DNA of 64,000 nt from an uncultured Candidatus Saccharibacteria bacterium. GTDB lineage: Bacteria > Patescibacteriota > WWE3 > UBA101185 > UBA10185. Below the pieces are notes generated by a model. That model searched no databases. It had not been told where the DNA came from and saw only the letters and a program-made list of their open reading frames with translations. Of the stretch, positions 56,361 to 64,000 are shown one piece after another (position 1 is the stretch's first letter; each line of letters opens with the position of its first letter). The translations under genes and the position numbers were made by a program. The stretch spans positions 4,379-68,378 of the forward strand of contig CAZTQT010000003.1 of assembly GCA_964615625.1 (NCBI GenBank), read 5' to 3'.

Positions 56361-57648
56361 AATAAAACAAATTGGTAATAATGAAGAAGTTTTGGATACT
56401 ATCATTGTTAGTATTGCTACTTTAGTAGGTTCGGTTTTTAGCTATCTTTTGCAATTTGTTTTAGGACGAAAATTATCTGTTGAGGATTACGGTACTTTTA
56501 ATACCCTTCTTTCTTTAACCACTATAGTTGGAGTTTTATCGGGAGTTTTAGGAACGGCTTTAATAAAAGTATCTGCCGAGATGTATGCTAAAGATAAAGA
56601 TAATGGAAAGTTAGAGTACTTTCTTTACAAAACCTTGGCTTTTTCCTTTTTAGCTTTAATTATTTCGTTTTTCCTAGGAGTCTTATTTTCTAATTTTGTT
56701 TCTATTTATTTGAATATAAACGACAGTGTTTTAATAATGCTCTTAGGTTTATTTGTAGGACTCTCCTTTTTACTGATAGTTCCCCAAGCTTTTTTGCAAG
56801 GAGTACAGAAATTTAGGAGGTATTCAATTTTTCATGTTGTGAATATGGTTTTAAGGTTAGTTATTCCTATAGTCTTTGTTTATGCCGGGTTTAGCATTAG
56901 AGGTGTCTGGGTTGGTTTATCTGTATCTTATGTTTTTTCATTTTTGTTGGGAATGTTACTGCTAAAGGTTAAAGTTAAAAATGTTGAAAAAAAGGACATT
57001 TCATCTTATTTGGAGAAATTAAAATCCTTATCTGTTTCAATAATTTTAGTTAATTTTGCTTTAATGTTTTTAAACAATATTGATGTGATTATGGTTAAAA
57101 AGTACTTTTCTCCTACAGAAGCAGGTTATTATTCTGGAACTGTAACTTTAGGAAAAATATTACTTTTTGGAGCTGGGGCCTTTACTACAGTTATGTTTCC
57201 AAGAATAACTGCACTTTACGTTAGTGGTAAGGAGTTTATACATAAGCTAAAAATGATATTTTTTCTTCTTCTTGGAGTGCTTTTTGTAGGAGTTTTATGT
57301 TATAGAATTTTCCCAGAGTTTTTAACTAGAGTTTTCTTTGGAGAGGCTTTTATGAGTTCTCAAGAATACTTACCTTTGTTTTCTATATTTGTTTCTATTT
57401 ATGTATTAATAAATTTTTTAGTTATGTTTTTCTTGGCTATAGATAAAAAAGCTGTGGGTTTTTTGTTACTGCCGGGGGTTGTGGCACAGTATATTCTTTT
57501 AAATATTTTCCATGATAGTTTATGGGATGTAATAAAAATAAATATAGGAGTTAGTGTTTTTATACTTGTGTTGTTGTTGGTTTACGGATTGTTTGGGAAA
57601 ATATTGAATAAAATGTCGTCTTTTGAAAAAAGTAGAAAATTTAAGTAG
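56317..57648 (+). CDS. Second Wzx-like flippase (MOP superfamily)
   Basis: Polytopic, with a Polysacc_synt-like N-terminus (IATLVGSVFSYLLQFVLGRKLSVEDYGTF). Start is ambiguous: ATG at 56317 or GTG at 56341. The ORF-track start at 56281 overlaps the upstream gene by 80 nt. Confidence 0.55.
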   Translation: MFTKTRGKVSIIKSKIKQIGNNEEVLDTIIVSIATLVGSVFSYLLQFVLGRKLSVEDYGTFNTLLSLTTIVGVLSGVLGTALIKVSAEMYAKDKDNGKLEYFLYKTLAFSFLALIISFFLGVLFSNFVSIYLNINDSVLIMLLGLFVGLSFLLIVPQAFLQGVQKFRRYSIFHVVNMVLRLVIPIVFVYAGFSIRGVWVGLSVSYVFSFLLGMLLLKVKVKNVEKKDISSYLEKLKSLSVSIILVNFALMFLNNIDVIMVKKYFSPTEAGYYSGTVTLGKILLFGAGAFTTVMFPRITALYVSGKEFIHKLKMIFFLLLGVLFVGVLCYRIFPEFLTRVFFGEAFMSSQEYLPLFSIFVSIYVLINFLVMFFLAIDKKAVGFLLLPGVVAQYILLNIFHDSLWDVIKINIGVSVFILVLLLVYGLFGKILNKMSSFEKSRKFK

Positions 57649-57659
57649 AATTTCATCTG

Positions 57660-58364
57660 ATGAATAAATTAAGAAGTTTAGCAAATAATTGGATGTGTGG
57701 TGTTGAGGAGACAAACCGAAGGAATATATTGAGTATGCTTGATAAAAATCCAGATGCTAAAGTGTTGGATTTAGGATGTGATGATGGTTCTTGGAGTATA
57801 GAGTTAGGAAAAGAAATTGGTTCTAATAATATTTATGGGGTTGAGGTTGTTGAGAGTAGGGCAAAAGATGCAATGGATAAAGGTGTTGTGATAAAGGGTT
57901 TTGATTTAAATGGGGAATTTGATTTTGAGGATAATTTTTTTGATGTAGTTCATTCTAATCAAGTAATTGAGCACTTACACGATACCGATAATTTTATTTC
58001 CGAAATATACAGAATTTTAAAACCTGGAGGATACATAATAGTATCTACCGTTAATTTAGCAAGTTGGCATAATGTTTTTTCATTAATATTGGGTTTTCAG
58101 CCTTTTGATGTTACTAATATAAGTATTAAGGGGAGCGTTGGGAACCCAGTTTCTATTTGGCGTGGTGTTGATAGTGGGTTTAATAAGCATAAGTCTTGGC
58201 AACATGTCAGAATGTTTACGCTACGTGCTCTGAAAGAATTTTTAGAATTATATGAATTTAAAGATATTAAATCCAAATCTGCTGGTTATTACCCATTACC
58301 AAATTTTTTTGCCAATATAGATAAAAATCACGGCCACTATATCGTTGTCAAAGCTTACAAATAA
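57660..58364 (+). CDS. Class I SAM-dependent methyltransferase
   Basis: VLDLGCDDGSW (motif I), VVHSNQVIEHL, ILKPGGYIIVST. Confidence 0.7.
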   Translation: MNKLRSLANNWMCGVEETNRRNILSMLDKNPDAKVLDLGCDDGSWSIELGKEIGSNNIYGVEVVESRAKDAMDKGVVIKGFDLNGEFDFEDNFFDVVHSNQVIEHLHDTDNFISEIYRILKPGGYIIVSTVNLASWHNVFSLILGFQPFDVTNISIKGSVGNPVSIWRGVDSGFNKHKSWQHVRMFTLRALKEFLELYEFKDIKSKSAGYYPLPNFFANIDKNHGHYIVVKAYK

Positions 58365-58454
58365 TAAGAGTCTCATCAATGTCAATTTTTCTCTAATGTT
58401 TAAGGTGTGTTGGTTATAATTAGTAAAATATCCATAATATAGTAAAATGACAGT

Positions 58455-59273
58455 GTGACTTTAGCCAATAAAACAGTATCACTCATAATCCCAGCCTATA
58501 AGCAGGAAAAAACTATTGTAGAAGATGTGAATAGGATACTCGATACGGTTTCACAGACTAGATGGAAGTTTGAAGTGATTGTTGTTGTAGATGGGTTTGT
58601 AGATAAAACATTTGAAAATTTAAAAGAAGTAAAAGACAACAGTGTTAAAGTTTGTGGGTATAAAGAAAACAAAGGAAAAGGTTATGCTATAAGATACGGG
58701 ATGACCAGAGCCAAAGGTGATTACATTGCCTTCATAGATTCTGGGATGGATATAGATCCAAATGGTATATCAATGTTGTTGGAGCATATAGAGTGGTATG
58801 ACGCTGATATAATTGTGGGTAGTAAAAGACACCCAGCGTCAGTGGTGTATTACCCATTTGTTAGAAGGGTCTACAGTTTTGTGTATAGTAAGATGGTTAG
58901 AATTTTGTTTGGTTTATCTGTTACTGACACCCAATCTGGAATAAAAGTCTTTAAGAGCGAGGTTTTAGAGAAAGTTCTTCCAAGACTAGTTGTTAAGAGA
59001 TTTGCCTTTGACATTGAAATATTAGCTGTGGCTAGGTATTTAGGATTTAAGAAGATATATGAGGCACCTATAAAGGTTAACTGGGGAGAGGGTTACACTG
59101 ATTTTAGTTTCCTCTTTATATTTGATAAAAATATTAGAAGGATGATTATAGATACATTAGGTGTTTTTTACAGATTAAGGATATTAGATTACTACAGTGA
59201 TAAAAAGAAGAGAGATTGGGTTTATGACAAAGATTTAGATATGAAGATAAATACAGGGAGGTTAGATGAATAA
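58455..59273 (+). CDS. GT2 glycosyltransferase (GTG start)
   Basis: VSLIIPAYKQEKTI...VIVVVDGFVDKT...AFIDSGMDIDP. Confidence 0.65.
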   Translation: MTLANKTVSLIIPAYKQEKTIVEDVNRILDTVSQTRWKFEVIVVVDGFVDKTFENLKEVKDNSVKVCGYKENKGKGYAIRYGMTRAKGDYIAFIDSGMDIDPNGISMLLEHIEWYDADIIVGSKRHPASVVYYPFVRRVYSFVYSKMVRILFGLSVTDTQSGIKVFKSEVLEKVLPRLVVKRFAFDIEILAVARYLGFKKIYEAPIKVNWGEGYTDFSFLFIFDKNIRRMIIDTLGVFYRLRILDYYSDKKKRDWVYDKDLDMKINTGRLDE

Positions 59274-60357
59274 AAGATATATATTTTTTATAGGAACTCT
59301 AGCAGAGTTTATTAAAATTTTTCCCATAATGAAGAGGTTTACAGACCTAAATATACCTTTTGAGATTATTGCATCAGGTCAAAACGATATTGAAAATTCG
59401 GAGATTTTTTCATATCTGAAGTTAGAAAAGGTTAATTTAAAACTTTCAAATGGCCCTAAGAAAAAGACAGCTTTATCACTGTTTTCTTGGTTTGTGAAAA
59501 CATTTTTTTCATCAATATTTGTTGTTAAAAAATATTTAAAAGATACAAAAACAGATAAGGAATCTGTAATGATAGTTCATGGGGATACTGTGTCTACTTT
59601 AATGGGGGCTTATGTTGCAAAAATATTAGGTGTGAAGGTTGCTCATATAGAGGCTGGTTTAAGATCTTTCAATATTTTTCACCCATTTCCAGAGGAAATA
59701 AATAGAGTTTTAACATCTAAAGTTGTTGATAAGCATTTTTGTCCAAATGACTGGGCAGTCAATAATTTAAAAAATATTAAAGGAGAAAAAATAAACACCC
59801 TAAACAACACTTTATTAGAAAGTTTGCATTTATCTAAAGAGATCCCAACTCCAGATAATATAAAAACACTTTTAAATAGAAAACCGTTCTTTATTTTTGT
59901 AGTTCATAGACAAGAGAATTTATATAACAGTCAAAGATTGAATAATTTTATAAATGACATGTTAGATTTATCAAATGAAATGCATTGTATTTTTATACTT
60001 CACGAACCTGCAAAAGTAGCTTTGGAAAGCGCTGGTTTACTAGAAAATATAACTAGCGCCAAAAATATTACAGTACTTCCACGACAGGGTTATTTTGATT
60101 TTATGAAACTAATAGATGGTTGTGAGTTTTTTGTTACTGATGGTGGTAGTAATCAAGAAGAGGCTTACTATTTTGGTAAACCGTGCTTAATCCTAAGAGA
60201 TCATACTGAAAGATTAGAAGGTCTTGATAATAATGTTTTATTGTGGCAGGAGGGTAAAAACAGTGTTAAGGATTTTGGTAAAAACTATATGAAATATAAG
60301 TGTGATTTTGTTTCTTATGATGTGCCTCCAAGTAAAATAATTTGTGAAAATTTATAA
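59266..60357 (+). CDS. UDP-N-acetylglucosamine 2-epimerase family (WecB-like)
   Basis: FIGTLAEFIKIFPIM...MIVHGDTVSTLMGAYVAKILGVKVAHIEAGLRSFNIFHPFPEEINRVL. Confidence 0.7.
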   Translation: MNKRYIFFIGTLAEFIKIFPIMKRFTDLNIPFEIIASGQNDIENSEIFSYLKLEKVNLKLSNGPKKKTALSLFSWFVKTFFSSIFVVKKYLKDTKTDKESVMIVHGDTVSTLMGAYVAKILGVKVAHIEAGLRSFNIFHPFPEEINRVLTSKVVDKHFCPNDWAVNNLKNIKGEKINTLNNTLLESLHLSKEIPTPDNIKTLLNRKPFFIFVVHRQENLYNSQRLNNFINDMLDLSNEMHCIFILHEPAKVALESAGLLENITSAKNITVLPRQGYFDFMKLIDGCEFFVTDGGSNQEEAYYFGKPCLILRDHTERLEGLDNNVLLWQEGKNSVKDFGKNYMKYKCDFVSYDVPPSKIICENL

Positions 60358-61398
60358 ATGTCTAAGGAAATATACTTTAGTGTAATTATGCCCACTCTTA
60401 ATAGTGAATCTACTATTGAGAAATCTTTAATTTCAATAAGATCTCAAAACTTTGACCAAGATCAGGTTGAAATAATAGTGGCTGACGGAGGTTCCGTTGA
60501 TAAAACTAAGGAAATAGCTCAAAAATATTCATGCAGAATTTTGCATAATGAACAAGTACAGCCAGAATCAGCCAAATATATAGGAATAACCAACGCAAAA
60601 GGAAAGGTATGTTTATTTTTAGATTCAGACGAGGTTTTAAAGGATAAGGAATCTTTCAAAAAAAGAAAAGATATATTTGAAAACTTTCAAGATGCTAAAG
60701 TTATTTTATTTGGTGGGTATGAGAAGCCGGAGGGAGAATCATCACTAAACGATTATATAAATTATTATTCTGACCCATTTTCATTTTTTGTGTCAAAAAC
60801 CTCAACAGAGCATAAAGTGATACACAGTGTTTGGAAAAATAATTTTAAAGATTTTAGTGAAGAAGATAGTTATATTAAATTTAGATTAAAAGATTCTGAT
60901 TACTTACCCCCGGTGGATATGTGTGCAGGTAACTGCTTTTTACGTGAGTACTATTTGGATTTGGTTGGGGAAGAGATAAAAGACCAAATGATTGTGCCTG
61001 AAATATTTTACAGAATAGTTAAAGATACAGGGTGTTTTTACATGTTAAAAGATTCTCCTACGATCCATAACTCTTCCGTTGGTCTTGGACAATATATTAA
61101 AAAATTGAATTGGAGAATTATAAACAATGTTCATTATAAAAATGTTCCTGGAACAGGGTTTTCAAATAGAGAAGAATTTCAGCCCAAAGGATCCTCACTT
61201 AAAAAATATTTGTTTATACCTTTTGCATTGACAATAATAGGACCGTTAATCGTTAGTATTTATATGGCTCTCAAGTATAAAAAACCTATTTTGTTACTAA
61301 ATTTTCCATTAACAATTTATGTTGCTTTTTATATTTCTTATCAATATATTAGGCTAATATTTGGAAGAAAATCTGCTTTAAAACCTTATGGAAAATAG
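60358..61398 (+). CDS. GT2 glycosyltransferase with C-terminal TM helices
   Basis: FSVIMPTLNSESTIEKSL...VADGGSVDKT...LFLDSDEV. Confidence 0.65.
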   Translation: MSKEIYFSVIMPTLNSESTIEKSLISIRSQNFDQDQVEIIVADGGSVDKTKEIAQKYSCRILHNEQVQPESAKYIGITNAKGKVCLFLDSDEVLKDKESFKKRKDIFENFQDAKVILFGGYEKPEGESSLNDYINYYSDPFSFFVSKTSTEHKVIHSVWKNNFKDFSEEDSYIKFRLKDSDYLPPVDMCAGNCFLREYYLDLVGEEIKDQMIVPEIFYRIVKDTGCFYMLKDSPTIHNSSVGLGQYIKKLNWRIINNVHYKNVPGTGFSNREEFQPKGSSLKKYLFIPFALTIIGPLIVSIYMALKYKKPILLLNFPLTIYVAFYISYQYIRLIFGRKSALKPYGK

Positions 61399-63427
61399 TA
61401 AATTTAGCAATGTTTTAATACTATCTCACTCTCAAGAAGGCACCGTAGGAGCCGATGATGAGCTTTTAAAGTATGTGGTAAAAAAAGGGATTGAATCTCA
61501 TCTTTTTCAATTTCCATTTGTTCATTCTTCTGATGGGGCTACCAGAATCACACACGTTGTAAATAAAGAATATGTAGCTTTGAGGTCTAAAATAAAATTT
61601 TATAAACCCCAATTATTATCTTATGTGAAAGATGTGGTTTCTGCGTTTTTTTATTGCAAGAAATACATAAAAAACAATTCTCTTATTGTATGTTCAGACA
61701 ATATACTTGTTCTATCCGCACATTTATCATCCATTTTTGCAAAGTTTTTTGGAAAAAAGCCAAAAATTGTTTATTACGTTATAGATTACACACCAAGAAG
61801 ATTTAAAAGTACTTTTTTAAATTCGATTTATGAGTGGGTTGATAAAAAAGCCTTTGAATATACAGATTTTGTATGGGTTTTAAATAAGGAAATGATAAAT
61901 GGAAGGTTGAATGATAAAGGGTATCCAAAAAGAGATGACAACATTGCAGTAGTTCCATTTGGAAATAATTCTTTAGATTATAAAGATGAAGATTACAATA
62001 ATTTTGACATTAATAATATTGTGTACTTGGGTGGTGTTTACAAAAGCAAAGGATCTGAACTTTTTACAGATATAGTTAAAGAGTTAATAAAAAAAGGATA
62101 TAAAGGTATAAAACTACACGTCATTGGAGGTGGTGCTACCGATGAGTTGAAAGAAGCATCAAAAGAAAAGGGTTTAGAAGAAAATGTAATAGTCTATGGA
62201 AGAAGTGCCGATCAATCAGAAACAGAAAAATTACTTTTGAAGTGTGCCTTAGCAATAGCTCCGTATAACCCGAATGATAAAAATAGTTTTTCCTTTTATG
62301 CTGATCCAGGGAAAGTTAAAGTTTACTTAGGTTGTGGGTTACCTATTGTAATAACAGAAGTTCCAAGTATTTATAAAATTTTAGTTCAAGAAAAAGCAGG
62401 GCTTACAGCAAAATACGAAGGTAAGGATTTTGCCGATAAAATTGAAAAAGTGATGGAAGATATTAAAAATTATAGAAGTAATGCAAGACAACTTGGCCTT
62501 AAATATTCTTGGGATAGTATATTTTCAGAAGCTTTTGATTTTGTAAATTATAATGAGGGAATGAAAAAAATTAAAAGAAAATTTAACTATTCTTTTATAG
62601 ACAAAGCAAGGTTTTATATATCCTACTCTTATTATAGATTTGTAAGATTTTTTATTGATGTAAAGAGAGATAGGGTAAAACTTTTTATAAAACAGCTTAT
62701 TTTATTTTCCAACCAGTTATTAAAGACCAAAACAGATCTATGGAAAAAGATATATGCAGATAATATATCTTCTAGGTATGGGGATTTCAAAGTAAGGTCT
62801 GATACGTTAGATTTTTTCTGCGTTATGCCGTTTTTTGAAAGACAGGATATATCACATATGGGGAAGGTAATCTCAAACTCATTAGAGGAGGGAAAGAAAG
62901 TTCTTTTTATTGATGTTGGTGCTGATATAGGGACTTACTCCGTCCAAATAGGAAGGGTTTTTTCTAACAGAATAAAAATTGTTTCATTTGAACCTTGTGA
63001 GGAAAGTTATAAATATTTAAAAGAAAATTTGTCTAATAACAAAGTTGAAGCTGATGTTTTTAACGTAGCTTTATCGGATGAAAATACTGAGGGATATCTT
63101 AATTACGATAAAACTCTACCTGGAAATAATAGGCTGCTAGATCCACAAGATAGGTTAGGGGAAAAGATATATATAAAAACTATGGATAGTGTTCTTGATT
63201 CTAATTATTTTAAACAATTTGACACTGTTGTTGTAAAAATGGATATAGAAGGAAGTGAATCCAAGTGTCTAAAAGGTTGTAATAATTTATTAAAGTCTGG
63301 AAAAGAGATATTTTTGTTGGTTGAGGATTTTGTAGATACAAGAATAATAAATGACTTACAAGATAGGGGTTTTAGTTTTATTAATAAGAAAACACCTTAT
63401 AATAGTTGGTGGTATTTGGGTTTATAA
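61388..63427 (+). CDS. Fusion protein: GT4-like glycosyltransferase domain plus FkbM-family methyltransferase domain
   Basis: N-terminal roughly 370 aa is GT4-like (IVYLGGVYKSKGSELF...KVYLGCGLPIVITEVPS). C-terminal domain has LFIDVGADIGTYSV...VVVKMDIEGSESKCL, typical of Methyltransf_21/FkbM. Confidence 0.6.
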   Translation: MENSKFSNVLILSHSQEGTVGADDELLKYVVKKGIESHLFQFPFVHSSDGATRITHVVNKEYVALRSKIKFYKPQLLSYVKDVVSAFFYCKKYIKNNSLIVCSDNILVLSAHLSSIFAKFFGKKPKIVYYVIDYTPRRFKSTFLNSIYEWVDKKAFEYTDFVWVLNKEMINGRLNDKGYPKRDDNIAVVPFGNNSLDYKDEDYNNFDINNIVYLGGVYKSKGSELFTDIVKELIKKGYKGIKLHVIGGGATDELKEASKEKGLEENVIVYGRSADQSETEKLLLKCALAIAPYNPNDKNSFSFYADPGKVKVYLGCGLPIVITEVPSIYKILVQEKAGLTAKYEGKDFADKIEKVMEDIKNYRSNARQLGLKYSWDSIFSEAFDFVNYNEGMKKIKRKFNYSFIDKARFYISYSYYRFVRFFIDVKRDRVKLFIKQLILFSNQLLKTKTDLWKKIYADNISSRYGDFKVRSDTLDFFCVMPFFERQDISHMGKVISNSLEEGKKVLFIDVGADIGTYSVQIGRVFSNRIKIVSFEPCEESYKYLKENLSNNKVEADVFNVALSDENTEGYLNYDKTLPGNNRLLDPQDRLGEKIYIKTMDSVLDSNYFKQFDTVVVKMDIEGSESKCLKGCNNLLKSGKEIFLLVEDFVDTRIINDLQDRGFSFINKKTPYNSWWYLGL

Positions 63428-63428
63428 C

Positions 63429-64000
63429 ATGAAGAGGTTTAATAACAGGATAAAAGATAATATGTACACTGCTTGGAGAGTGGTTTCTCCTGTATTTGAT
63501 GTCACAAAGCCAGTAAACGGTATAAAAGGTTATTTTTGGTTTATAAGAGACATTCTAAAATTTAACAAACTTAATCCAAAGGAAAAAATTAAACTGTCTC
63601 TTATATCTCCACAGCTTATGGATAAGACATCCGTGACCCATTTTGACGCCCATTATTTTTATCAGCAACTTTGGGCATTTGAGAAGATATTTAAATCTAA
63701 AGTGAAAAGACATGTGGACGTAGGATCAACATTTGAAATGAGTGGTTACATATCTAAAATAACAAAAGCGGAATTTGTTGATATAAGACCTTTAGAGGTT
63801 AACTTAAATAATTTTAAGTCTGTTGATGGTAGTATTGAGAATTTACCTTACGGGAGTGGTGAGTTAGATTCTGTATCTTGTTTACATGTAATTGAACATA
63901 TAGGTTTAGGAAGATATGGGGATAAAGTTGATCCAAGTGGTCATGAAAAAGCTATAAAAGAATTACAGAGAGTTGTAAAAACAGGTGGGAGTTTATATCT
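63429..64000 (+). CDS. SAM-dependent methyltransferase-fold protein (partial; 3' end outside window)
   Basis: ATG at 63429; the frame stays open to the window end. VDVGSTFEMSGYIS...ENLPYGSGELDSVSCLHVIEHIGLGRYGDK...LQRVVKTGGSLY has a MT motif I and a post-I acidic loop. Confidence 0.5.
   Translation, partial: MKRFNNRIKDNMYTAWRVVSPVFDVTKPVNGIKGYFWFIRDILKFNKLNPKEKIKLSLISPQLMDKTSVTHFDAHYFYQQLWAFEKIFKSKVKRHVDVGSTFEMSGYISKITKAEFVDIRPLEVNLNNFKSVDGSIENLPYGSGELDSVSCLHVIEHIGLGRYGDKVDPSGHEKAIKELQRVVKTGGSLY

Noticed and set aside
1-64000. Searched for CRISPR arrays, transposase/integrase genes, rRNA genes and long direct repeats
   Set aside because: No periodic repeat-spacer pattern, no recognisable transposase or recombinase motifs and no rRNA-like conserved blocks were seen anywhere in the window.

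Overview
This AT-rich window (roughly one-third GC by eye) is almost entirely coding, with short intergenic spacers. It reads like a small-genome bacterium of the Candidate Phyla Radiation/Patescibacteria type. That call is inference, based on three things seen directly: no L30 gene between rpsE and rplO, a 61-aa Zn-type S14, and a compact L3. Stops are standard (TAA/TGA), so there is no sign of UGA recoding.

Layout, in three blocks:
(1) 1-7840, minus strand. A TasA/camelysin-like secreted protein, a SipW-type signal peptidase and a membrane-anchored Clp/Hsp100-like AAA+ ATPase that runs off the window edge. Then radC, a divergent XRE HTH regulator, and the alpha-operon segment of the ribosomal cluster (rpsI-rplM, rplQ-rpoA-rpsD-rpsK-rpsM-rpmJ-infA).
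(2) 8049-38594, plus strand. serS, a spermidine-synthase-like methyltransferase, uppP, secA, an ASCH protein, a convergent TPR/GT-C membrane protein and lepB. Then rpoB-rpoC-rpsL-rpsG-fusA-tuf run straight into a complete S10-spc cluster (rpsJ to rplO), followed by secY, a ybaB-like gene and adk. Strong GC hairpins sit just upstream of rpsJ and just upstream of rplC.
(3) 38612-64000, plus strand. A roughly 25-kb cell-envelope glycosylation island. It contains a CAP-domain membrane protein, two DPM1-like GT2 genes (one fused to GtrA), ugd, three GT4 genes, a large polytopic membrane protein, two Wzx-like flippases and a LPG-synthase-TM-like protein. It also holds three tandem GT-C-like membrane glycosyltransferases (two are clear paralogs), two methyltransferases, a WecB-like 2-epimerase, more GT2 genes and a GT4-FkbM methyltransferase fusion.

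No CRISPR array, transposase or tRNA/rRNA gene was recognised.

The two most unusual things are the TasA-like / SipW / transmembrane-Clp module at the left edge and the paralog-rich glycosylation island.
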